From a virus, in the IMG/VR virus record IMGVR_UViG_3300021375_000018, positions 23,119-87,118 of that record: a stretch of DNA of 64,000 bases; one strand, written 5' to 3'. Below, piece after piece: positions 40,895 to 49,461 of the stretch (position 1 is its first letter; every line of letters begins with the position of its first letter). The notes under the pieces are model-generated. The model ran no database searches, was not told where the DNA came from, and saw only the letters and a program-made list of their open reading frames with translations. The position numbers and the translations under genes are program-made.

Positions 40895-41802
40895 ATAGTC
40901 ATCAAAAAAAATGTAATGTATTTTTAGAAAAGTCAACTGAGGGTATTGATTATATAGAGTGTAGAGTTTGTGGATATATTGGTAAAAATATTACATCTCA
41001 TGTTAAAAAGCATCATTCTTTATCTAAAGCTGAGTATGAAGAAAAATATGGGTCTACTATATGTGAGAAAACAAGAGGTATATATGCTGTAAATGGTGAT
41101 TGGATAACAAGAGCAAAAGAACGAGGTGATGATTTATCTGAATATTATGAGAAGTTAAGTGATAAAATATCAGAGGGTATTATGAAGTCTGACGCTGCTC
41201 GAGAAGCTAGAAGAAAGAATCTTTCTAGTTTGAACAAGACAAAAGAGTTTAGAGATAGATCATCAAAAACAGCTAAGAAAACATCAGAAAGAAAAGATAT
41301 ACAAAAAGAAAGATCAGAAAGGCTTGCTAGATGGAGGTTAAGTAATCCAGAAGAGTTTTATGAAAAATGTACATCTGTTATGCACAAGTCTTGGCAGTCA
41401 AAACCAGAAATTGATTTATTTAAAAAAGTAGACAGTATATTCCCTAATATGTTCAAAAGAAATCAAATTCTTAAAAGAACAGGTAAGTTTTTAACTACAA
41501 AAACAAATATTAGACAAATTGATATTATGTCGTTAGAAGATAAAATTATAATTGAGTTTGATGGTATACATCATTTTAAAGATGTTTTCAAGAAAAAAGG
41601 AAACTTGCAAGAAGTTAATAAAAAAGACAAAGAGTTAAATGAAGTTCTTGTTGAAGAGGGTTGGACTGTAATTAGAGTTTCTTATGATGAGTATGACTAT
41701 AAAGACAATGGTACGTTTAATCAAGAAACATTAGATAAAGTAAGAAAAATAATAACAAATAAAACACGTGGTTTGTGGTTGTTTGGTAAGTCATACGTGT
41801 AA
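40825..41802 (+). CDS. Vsr-like (DUF559-type) homing endonuclease between the halves of split intein 2
   Basis: N-terminal Zn fingers (CVCG..H..C, CRVC..HVKKHH); SKPE..IDI..IIEFDGIHHF..D..EEGWTVIRV. Confidence 0.85.
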   Translation: MVHNTRRSFDCVCGKSFANNSSLNSHQKKCNVFLEKSTEGIDYIECRVCGYIGKNITSHVKKHHSLSKAEYEEKYGSTICEKTRGIYAVNGDWITRAKERGDDLSEYYEKLSDKISEGIMKSDAAREARRKNLSSLNKTKEFRDRSSKTAKKTSERKDIQKERSERLARWRLSNPEEFYEKCTSVMHKSWQSKPEIDLFKKVDSIFPNMFKRNQILKRTGKFLTTKTNIRQIDIMSLEDKIIIEFDGIHHFKDVFKKKGNLQEVNKKDKELNEVLVEEGWTVIRVSYDEYDYKDNGTFNQETLDKVRKIITNKTRGLWLFGKSYV

Positions 41803-41825
41803 ATTAATATTAAATATTATATTAT
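41797..41825 (+). promoter_or_regulatory. Phage promoter GTGTAAA-N16-TATTAT for DnaE fragment 3
   Basis: Motif overlaps the endonuclease stop codon; AAAGG RBS follows. Confidence 0.7.
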
Positions 41826-41842
41826 AAAACAAAAAAGAAAGG

Positions 41843-42925
41843 TTGATAATGCCTCGTATTAAATCAATTGAATTTACTAATAAGCAGCAGACATTTGACT
41901 TGGAGGTTGCGCATCATGATCATCAATATTATTTAAGTAATGGGATTCTTCAATCAAACTCCCATGCTGTTGCTTATGCAATTGGTTCGTATTATGCTGC
42001 TTGGCTACACACACATTATGAGCCTGAATGGCTTGCTGCTATTTTACAGTCTGAAAATGGTAACCCTAAGGATATGTCAAAAGCAATATCAGAGATTAAA
42101 TCTTTTGGATACGAAATTGCTGCTATAGACATTAATCATTCAGGTACAGAATGGGAATATTCAGAAGAGTTAAAAGCATTTGTTCCACCTTTGACATCAC
42201 TTAAAGGTGTAGGAGATAAAGCTGTTGAAGAAGTATTTAGAAATCGCCCTTATAAAGATTTAAATAATTTGTTTTATGATGAAGAAGGTAAATGGAAACA
42301 TTCAAAATTAAATAAAACAGCATTCGTTTCACTTGCAAAAATGGAATCATTTAAATCATTGGAAGAATTTAAAAGTGGAAAACTGAAACATCACAAGCAG
42401 CTTCATGATATGCTGATTGAAAATTATAATGACCTTAAAAAGGGTGAGTGGGGAATAACAAAGACAGCATATAAAAGAATGATTAAAAAAGGTGAGGTGC
42501 CTATTAAAATAGTAGATAGGTTATCAGATGAGTATGAGTTATTAGATGATTGGACAAGATCTGAGAAGATTAAAAATTATTTTGAGTTATCTAATGATGC
42601 ATCTGATGATTTGTTATTTCCTCCTGAGTTATTGCAGAGGTTAAAAGATAAGTCTGTTAATTCTGTATTTGAGATAGAGAGTGGTAAAAAAGGAATTGGG
42701 TGGTTTACAGTAGTAGAAGTTATAAGAAAGACAACGAAGACTGGCAAGCCTTTTATGAGATGGAAATGTGTTGATTCTGATAATCGTAGTGGATGGTTAA
42801 GAGTGTGGGGAAATATAGATGATGATATAGAGTATGCGACTTGGATGTCTGAAGTTAAGAATGATGGTGGATGGGGAATGTCAACTAATTCAAGTAAAGT
42901 TAGAAAAATCAGTGCTTTTGATTAA
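41843..42925 (+). CDS. dnaE: DnaE fragment 3 (intein C2 + HhH/OB C-terminus); likely start ATG 41849
   Basis: MPRIKSIEF..TFDLEV..YYLSNGILQSN/SHAVAYA..WLHTHY; DINHS; LKGVG; OB-like TKTGKPF. Confidence 0.92.
   Translation: MIMPRIKSIEFTNKQQTFDLEVAHHDHQYYLSNGILQSNSHAVAYAIGSYYAAWLHTHYEPEWLAAILQSENGNPKDMSKAISEIKSFGYEIAAIDINHSGTEWEYSEELKAFVPPLTSLKGVGDKAVEEVFRNRPYKDLNNLFYDEEGKWKHSKLNKTAFVSLAKMESFKSLEEFKSGKLKHHKQLHDMLIENYNDLKKGEWGITKTAYKRMIKKGEVPIKIVDRLSDEYELLDDWTRSEKIKNYFELSNDASDDLLFPPELLQRLKDKSVNSVFEIESGKKGIGWFTVVEVIRKTTKTGKPFMRWKCVDSDNRSGWLRVWGNIDDDIEYATWMSEVKNDGGWGMSTNSSKVRKISAFD
41849..41959 (+). mobile_element. Split intein 2, C-fragment (37 aa)
   Basis: Ends in SN with Ser at +1; architecture like the cyanobacterial DnaE IntC. 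Confidence 0.9.
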
Positions 42926-42985
42926 TACTTGAAGTATTATAAATGCTTTTCTGATATTATCATTTTATTTCCTTTAGATATAGTC

Positions 42986-44902
42986 TTATAGTAAGTATTT
43001 GATATAGCTTCTTAACAGAGCTTCATTTGTATTACTTGATAGTTTTGACAAATCATAAGTTCTATTAATAGCTGTTCTAACCCAATCTGCAGGATCTTGT
43101 GCTAGCTTTCTAATTATTTCACCTGAAGGGTCTATTTCTAATAAATCTTCACGATTAGCTATATTTCTTCTAACAAAACCAGCATCATCATTAGCTAACT
43201 TTCTAATTATTTCACCTGAAGGGTCTACTACTAATAAATCTTTATTTGCAGCTATATACCCTCTAACAGAATGACTTTCGTCTGTAGTTAGTTGTCTAAT
43301 TAACTCACCTGTAGCGTCAACTTCTAGTAAATCATTACGATCTGCTATGTTAACTCTAACATCTTCGTTTTCATCTTTAGCTAGTTGTTTGATTAACTCA
43401 CCTGAAGTGTCCATTTTCAATAAAGTTTTATTTGCAGCTATATCTTTTTTGTGACGTTTATCTTTTAATAGTTTTTTTATTAGCTTACCTGAAGCATCTA
43501 ATTGTAATAAATTTTGATATTGTATAATATTATCACGTAAAAACCCACCTTTTTTGTAGAGCTTTTTAATTAATTTACCTGATGAGTCTATTTTTGAAAA
43601 ATCATATTTTCTACATATTTTTCCTGCTATAGAAAAATCATCTAACCTTGTAATTAGCTGTCTAATTATCTCACCTGTAGGGTCAGCTTCTAACAAATCT
43701 TTGCGATTAGCTATTGCATTTATAACACTATCACTTTTATCTTGAGCTAGCTGTTTGATTATTTCACCTGAAGGGTCAGCTTCTATAAGATTACCAGATT
43801 CTGCTAAAGTACATTTAATATCAATATTATCTTCTTTGATTACTAATAATAATATCTCTTTTCTGTCTCTTGAATACTCTAATATTCCTTTTAATTCTTC
43901 AGAAAAATCTTCTAAATTGTCTTCATTCGCAGCTCTTAATATTTCATACTGCTCTAAATTTATCGACTCATAATAAGATTTATAATTTATTTCTAGTCTC
44001 TCAGGCTTTTCAACATCTTTAAATAAAGTATCAAACCTGTTGCTGATATAACTTTTAAACTCTTCTTCGCTAGTTGGTGTATTATTTCCGTCTACAGACG
44101 CTTGTCCTTCCATTAAGTTTACTTCGTTATTCTTCTTAGCAAAACTGATACATAACTTCCTATCAGGATCACTTATACTCATGTTCTTCTTTATACAATA
44201 ATACATGTGCAAATTAAGTCTTCTATGGTAGTTTAAAAACATATTCCCACCTGAAACTACACTTGTACACCAATTCATCTTTCCAATTATTCTACCTACA
44301 CCACCACTAACACTCTTATCGTACTCTAACTCACTGCCATTCCAGAATGATCTAGCTAGACTAATAGAGCCTTTAATCGTTTTAGGATAACATATGATCC
44401 AGTCAGAATCATTTATAATAACTTCAAAGTCTGGATTAACTGGCCCTTGTTTTAAGCAGTTGATATAAGCTTTAGACTTTAGAATCATTGAAGAAGAAGC
44501 ATCAAAGAATTTGAGCATATCATCATAAGTAATTTTTTTATCTTTTAGATCTTTTAAGCTTAGACTAGCTCTATATCCGCCAGGGACATCTACTTTTGCT
44601 TCTTCTCCCTTGTTCCATTTAGAAGCTATAAGATCTTTATAGTTTTTGTACTGTGCTACAATGTCTTCGATAGAGTGATTTTGATCTGAGCTGTAAGTAT
44701 TAATGATGACTTGTAAGAAGTTTTCATCTTTTATAAACTTATTATTTGGAGCTGCTTGTTTATTTAACTTTACTAGAGTATTATAATCATCTTCACCTAT
44801 AACTTCTATGACTTCATTACGACTTATTTCTAATAATAAGTTGTTATTTATGAAATTATGCCATTCAGTTAATATGTCTTTAAATTTATTTCTGTTTAAC
44901 AT
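42986..44902 (-). CDS. Leader-family cargo protein with W-C-T domain and ~31-aa HEAT/LRV-like repeats
   Basis: MLNRNKFKDILTEW..LLLE; MNWCTS; repeats DLLE.DPSGEIIRKLA.D...VR..IANR; C-terminal NEALLRSYIKYLL. Confidence 0.82.
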   Translation of the reverse strand: MLNRNKFKDILTEWHNFINNNLLLEISRNEVIEVIGEDDYNTLVKLNKQAAPNNKFIKDENFLQVIINTYSSDQNHSIEDIVAQYKNYKDLIASKWNKGEEAKVDVPGGYRASLSLKDLKDKKITYDDMLKFFDASSSMILKSKAYINCLKQGPVNPDFEVIINDSDWIICYPKTIKGSISLARSFWNGSELEYDKSVSGGVGRIIGKMNWCTSVVSGGNMFLNYHRRLNLHMYYCIKKNMSISDPDRKLCISFAKKNNEVNLMEGQASVDGNNTPTSEEEFKSYISNRFDTLFKDVEKPERLEINYKSYYESINLEQYEILRAANEDNLEDFSEELKGILEYSRDRKEILLLVIKEDNIDIKCTLAESGNLIEADPSGEIIKQLAQDKSDSVINAIANRKDLLEADPTGEIIRQLITRLDDFSIAGKICRKYDFSKIDSSGKLIKKLYKKGGFLRDNIIQYQNLLQLDASGKLIKKLLKDKRHKKDIAANKTLLKMDTSGELIKQLAKDENEDVRVNIADRNDLLEVDATGELIRQLTTDESHSVRGYIAANKDLLVVDPSGEIIRKLANDDAGFVRRNIANREDLLEIDPSGEIIRKLAQDPADWVRTAINRTYDLSKLSSNTNEALLRSYIKYLL

Positions 44903-44911
44903 GCTCGTTTA

Positions 44912-45199
44912 TTACCCTCTTTTACTTTTTTTTAAAGCTTGACTTCTTAATTGACGAAATAGTTCATAATTTGCAGCATCATTTCTATTAAGCAAGTTGG
45001 TATAGAATTCTATGTCTTCTTGATTATTACTATTCTCTGTATTTGAGATGTCGTTTTCTGGTCTTTCGTTGTTGTTATTTTCTGGACTTGCGTCATTATG
45101 ATCAGCTACAACTTCTCGATAAGTGTCACTAAAAACTTCATCGCTTTCAGATAGTATATTTCTAATTAGTTTTCTTAGGCTAAATTCAGTTATAATCAT
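44912..45199 (-). CDS. Small hypothetical protein with LRKLIRNILSE leader
   Basis: AGGAG RBS; acidic/Asn-rich body. Confidence 0.7.
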   Translation of the reverse strand: MIITEFSLRKLIRNILSESDEVFSDTYREVVADHNDASPENNNNERPENDISNTENSNNQEDIEFYTNLLNRNDAANYELFRQLRSQALKKSKRG

Positions 45200-45242
45200 G
45201 CTTAACTTCTCCTATTTCATTTTTATATATTTATATTTATTT

Positions 45243-45271
45243 GTGTAAATGTAATTATATATTTTTATAAT
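45243..45271 (+). promoter_or_regulatory. Phage promoter GTGTAAA-N16-TATAAT
   Basis: Exact motif and spacing. Confidence 0.75.
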
Positions 45272-45330
45272 AAATTTATAAATGCAATATTTATATATAA
45301 TTTTTAGTACGCTCATGAAAGGAAATAACA

Positions 45331-46344
45331 TTGAGCAAAAAGACAATATCATTAAATAAAATATTAAAATTTCAAGATATAAAAAACATTACTATGAGGG
45401 CTTTTAATATTACTTCGCAAGATTTTGATTTAAAGTATTACCCTGTTAAAAATGTCATTAAAAATTCAGGTCATAAAGGACATAGCGCTGGAGGCATTGG
45501 TAATAGTGGTAGAAAGTATGCTACACCGTCACTAAATGTATTATATAGTAAATGGTACGCTTCAAGAGACCCAAACTGGTTATATTCTCATCCTGAGTAT
45601 TTTTGGGAAGGTTTAGCTTGTTCTTGGGAAGTTTCTGCGCCTAAAGCAGGTTCAAATATTGCTAAAGAGTTATTAAGCCCTAAGACAAATAAATACATAC
45701 AAAGTCATCCTCACATGAACATTGAGTATATTGAGCCAATTGATACGTTTAATCTCGAATGGAATATATTTGATTGGGGCGCAGGTGTTGGACTAACTAC
45801 ACTTTTATTGTCCCAAAACTTTCCAAAGTCAACAATATACTATTCAGGTACACCATGTTCAGGCGAAGTAAAGTTTTTCAAAGAAGCTATCAATTATTTA
45901 TCTGCTAAAGGATTTGACTTTAGTAACATTAAAATAATTTATTTAAAAGATCACGATTTATTGCCACCGCTTGATCTTTTAGTAGGGATTGAAATAGTTG
46001 AACATTTTACTCACCCTATGAAGTTCTTAGAACCTTTACTTGAAAAAGTAAAAATCGGTGGAATGTTTGCTCATTCTTCATATTGGAATTCAGAAAAGAA
46101 AATGCCAACTTTAGGACATTTTTTAGAATACAAATTTGATTCATTTAAAGGTTTTCTTTACAGCGACAAAGATATACATGAAGGAAAATCAAGTATTAAT
46201 TTGCCTCATGGTTCGCCAGGAATAAGCGCAGCTTGGCACAAGTCTATGAAGAACAGAAAGTGGAAAAAGTTAAAGAATGATCCTTTCTTCCACAAACCTG
46301 TTTTCTGGCAAAAGACTATTGAAACTTTGAATTGCGTAAAATAA
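45331..46344 (+). CDS. Class I SAM-dependent methyltransferase
   Basis: IFDWGAGVG motif I; DLLVGIEIVEH; KIGG. Confidence 0.8.
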   Translation: MSKKTISLNKILKFQDIKNITMRAFNITSQDFDLKYYPVKNVIKNSGHKGHSAGGIGNSGRKYATPSLNVLYSKWYASRDPNWLYSHPEYFWEGLACSWEVSAPKAGSNIAKELLSPKTNKYIQSHPHMNIEYIEPIDTFNLEWNIFDWGAGVGLTTLLLSQNFPKSTIYYSGTPCSGEVKFFKEAINYLSAKGFDFSNIKIIYLKDHDLLPPLDLLVGIEIVEHFTHPMKFLEPLLEKVKIGGMFAHSSYWNSEKKMPTLGHFLEYKFDSFKGFLYSDKDIHEGKSSINLPHGSPGISAAWHKSMKNRKWKKLKNDPFFHKPVFWQKTIETLNCVK

Positions 46345-46362
46345 TATTTTAAAAGGCTTATA

Positions 46363-47250
46363 ATGAGATTCACAAACATATGTCTTGAAGGACCTGATTG
46401 TAGCGGTAAAACTACATTGTTTAACAACATACATAAAAAGACTAATTTCAAGTACAACATACAAGATAGAAGCTGTTTATCAATGTATGTATTTGCTTGT
46501 ATGTATAATAGAGATACTAAGTTTTGGTATAACAAGCTTATGACAGACATTAAAAAGCTAGATACCTTATACGTTATTATGATGCCACCTTTAGAAGAAG
46601 TTATTAAAAGATTAAAAAAGCGTGGTGATAGTATTCATGATGAAAATAGTATAGTTGATGTATGGAATTCATTTAATAAGACATCTAAGACTTTATTTAC
46701 AAAGGACTTTCCTAATGTTTTGTTTTTAAGTGGCAAAGATAAATTTGATAGCGTTGAAAAAGTTATTTATAGAATCGATTATTTAAATAAACTAAAAGGT
46801 TCTAAATTAATAAAAGATTTAGTTATTGAAAGCAAGAAAAACGAAATACTTAATATAAGTTGTATATCAGAAGTAAACAAAGAAGACTTAGACTACTCTG
46901 TATTTGATTTCGAAGAAGAAAAAGTTTATTATAACAAGATCATGAGCGGGTTTTTAAATAAAATATCTAAAGAGTTTATTGGATTAAATGAATGCAATAA
47001 ACCACAAACTCATGAAAGTAGACGGTTTATATATACAGATGATAGTTGTATATCTATGATTCATTTGTTATTTAGAGACAATGAAATAGACTTTAATGTA
47101 ACAATGAGATCTTCTAATGTCGTTAACACTTTATGGGCTGATTATGAATTTTTAAAAATTCTAGCTTATGAAGCGTCAGAAAAGTTAGAATTTAAATATA
47201 TACCAGTTAAGTTAAGTTTAAACATTAGATCAGCGCATATTATCCCATAG
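46363..47250 (+). CDS. NMP kinase fused to a minimal thymidylate-synthase-like domain
   Basis: LEGPDCSGKTT, QDRS, RLKKRGD; C-terminal SRRF..SCISMIHL..MRSSNV..LWADY..SAHI. Confidence 0.8.
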   Translation: MRFTNICLEGPDCSGKTTLFNNIHKKTNFKYNIQDRSCLSMYVFACMYNRDTKFWYNKLMTDIKKLDTLYVIMMPPLEEVIKRLKKRGDSIHDENSIVDVWNSFNKTSKTLFTKDFPNVLFLSGKDKFDSVEKVIYRIDYLNKLKGSKLIKDLVIESKKNEILNISCISEVNKEDLDYSVFDFEEEKVYYNKIMSGFLNKISKEFIGLNECNKPQTHESRRFIYTDDSCISMIHLLFRDNEIDFNVTMRSSNVVNTLWADYEFLKILAYEASEKLEFKYIPVKLSLNIRSAHIIP

Positions 47251-47255
47251 GAGAA

Positions 47256-47831
47256 TTGATGAACCCGCAATTTATTATTTATACAGGACCAATGTTCGGT
47301 TCTAAAACAACAAGACTTTTAGGAGACATTGATAGATTTTCTAGAAAAGGCAAGAATGTATTATCTTTTAAAGCAAAGAGAGATGTCAGGTATGAAAAAG
47401 ACAAAATATGTTCACACAATGGAGGCTCTTGTTACGCATACTGTGTTAATACGAGCGAAGAGTTATACAGCATCTATGAAGAGATAAACAAATATGAAAA
47501 AGTTGATGTAATTGCTGTAGACGAAGCATTTATGATATCTGAGGTTGCGCCTGTTTTAATTTCTTTATATCAGAAAGGTATAACAGTAATAGCATCATCA
47601 ATACAATTAGACGCAAACGAAAAACCTTTTGAGACAATAAGAGACATGTTGCCTTGGGCAACAAAAATAGAGATATGCTCTGCTGTTTGTTCAAAATGTG
47701 ATCAAGATGCTTACTTTACTGAGGCTTTGTTTGATATACACAATGCAACGCAAGAAGAGAAGGTAGGCGCAGGAGCTATGTATGAGCCAAGATGCATGAA
47801 GCATTATACTAATTTTAAAAATTTTAGCTAA
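47256..47831 (+). CDS. tdk: Thymidine kinase
   Basis: GPMFGSKTT, VDEAF, CSKC, VGAGAMYEPRC..H. Confidence 0.93.
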   Translation: MMNPQFIIYTGPMFGSKTTRLLGDIDRFSRKGKNVLSFKAKRDVRYEKDKICSHNGGSCYAYCVNTSEELYSIYEEINKYEKVDVIAVDEAFMISEVAPVLISLYQKGITVIASSIQLDANEKPFETIRDMLPWATKIEICSAVCSKCDQDAYFTEALFDIHNATQEEKVGAGAMYEPRCMKHYTNFKNFS

Positions 47832-47874
47832 TATTTAGTTATTACTATAGCTTTAAATTAGAAAGAAAATTAAA

Positions 47875-48969
47875 ATGCCCAACAATTTTGACTATGAATT
47901 AGATAGCAGTCTAGATTTAGATATAAATGACGAAAAAAGAAAAGAAATTAGATCTTTTCTAACTACAGACATGTATATAACAAATGTAAAGGGTATAGAC
48001 GTTTACGCTATATCAAACATGAATCCTGAGTTTGGTTCAAACGACAAAGAAAAACTAAAAAAAGAAAAGCTCATGCGAAGTTGTATTGATTGCATTCGTA
48101 GTTTAGATACGTTAATTTCAAAAAAAAGAATAAAACCAAAAATAGATGAATTGTTTAAAAATATACTCTTTGTTAAAGGTAGTTCTAAAAACAATATTGA
48201 AGTTAAAGCTGCAATTGACAACTACAATCCTATGAATAAAAGTTTAAATAAGTGGAAAGCTATATATATTCAATTTGATGATCTTATTATTGTTGACGTA
48301 GACGCTTTTATTAAAAAAGACATTTTAAATAGTCATAGCTTAGTAAACAGTCTTGTTCATGAAGTAGGTCACGCTGTTCATTTAAAATATATTACTAAAG
48401 GAAGCAAAGGGTACTATGACTTTGTATCTAGAAAGTTTATTGACCTTTTAAATGAATTAAAAAGAATACCTCAGAATTACATTTACAAGTCTAGTAATGC
48501 TGAAAAGAATAGAATAGAAGACTATTTCCTTGATGAGTGGGATGACATGTTAGATAGTATAGTAGCTTTAGCTAAAGATCCTACTAATAAGTCTAAGGCT
48601 ATAGACTTTACAACTTATTTGAATGACTTGTTTGAAGAAAATCTTAAAAGCAAAAATACAGTCAAATCAATGATAGATACTTTGGTTACACTGCTATCGT
48701 CAAACGAAGTCTATTATGATAACAGTGAATTTAATAAAAGCTTTGGATCAATGCAAGCTGAGTTTGAGTCAATACCCACTGAAGATTTTGCTGAGACATT
48801 TAGAATGTTTATATTCCACGAAGACAAAATGAGTCAGTGGAATATAAATAGGTTGTTTAATACGTTTGAGAAATCAAAGGCTAGGGGTAGAACAATTATA
48901 GAAAACAGAGAAAGTGCGTCTAGTATTATAAAGAATTATATTTTACATTTTATAGAAGGAGTTAGATGA
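47875..48969 (+). CDS. Zincin-like metallopeptidase
   Basis: LVHEVGHAVH (HExxH) and downstream EDFAETF; C-terminal IIKNYILHFIE. Confidence 0.75.
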   Translation: MPNNFDYELDSSLDLDINDEKRKEIRSFLTTDMYITNVKGIDVYAISNMNPEFGSNDKEKLKKEKLMRSCIDCIRSLDTLISKKRIKPKIDELFKNILFVKGSSKNNIEVKAAIDNYNPMNKSLNKWKAIYIQFDDLIIVDVDAFIKKDILNSHSLVNSLVHEVGHAVHLKYITKGSKGYYDFVSRKFIDLLNELKRIPQNYIYKSSNAEKNRIEDYFLDEWDDMLDSIVALAKDPTNKSKAIDFTTYLNDLFEENLKSKNTVKSMIDTLVTLLSSNEVYYDNSEFNKSFGSMQAEFESIPTEDFAETFRMFIFHEDKMSQWNINRLFNTFEKSKARGRTIIENRESASSIIKNYILHFIEGVR

Positions 48970-49379
48970 ATAATAGACCAACATGGGATGAAGTTTGGAT
49001 GAAAATGGCAGAGACAATTTCGTTAAGGAGTCATCACCCAGAGTGGAAAGTAGGATCGCTTATCGTATCAACAGATAATACACAAGTTCTTTCTTTAGGG
49101 TATAATGGCAATGCTGCTGGAATGTCAAACGTACCTCAATCTACACAGCCTGGTGAAAGCGGTTTGTTACATGCAGAGATAAATGCTTTGTTAAAGCTTG
49201 ATTATAACAATCCAAAAGATAAAATTATGTATTTAACATTAAGCCCTTGTGAAAACTGTGCAAAAGCAATTGTAAATAGTAAAATTAAAAGTGTTGTATA
49301 TAAAACAAAGTATAGATGTGATAGAGGTATTAAAATTTTATTGGGAGCAGGAATAGAAGTTATACAGTACCATAAATAA
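48966..49379 (+). CDS. dCMP deaminase
   Basis: RPTWDE, VG, GYNG, HAEINAL, LSPCENC. Confidence 0.93.
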   Translation: MNNRPTWDEVWMKMAETISLRSHHPEWKVGSLIVSTDNTQVLSLGYNGNAAGMSNVPQSTQPGESGLLHAEINALLKLDYNNPKDKIMYLTLSPCENCAKAIVNSKIKSVVYKTKYRCDRGIKILLGAGIEVIQYHK

Positions 49380-49461
49380 AATTAAATTAAATTAAATTGT
49401 ATTATCATTTATAATTAGATATAAATCATAATTATATAAAAAATAGCAGGGAAATAAAGTA

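Noticed and set aside
42986-43800. Diversity-generating retroelement TR/VR pair
   Set aside because: The repeats are intragenic HEAT-like units, the differences are not confined to adenines, and no reverse transcriptase is present in the window
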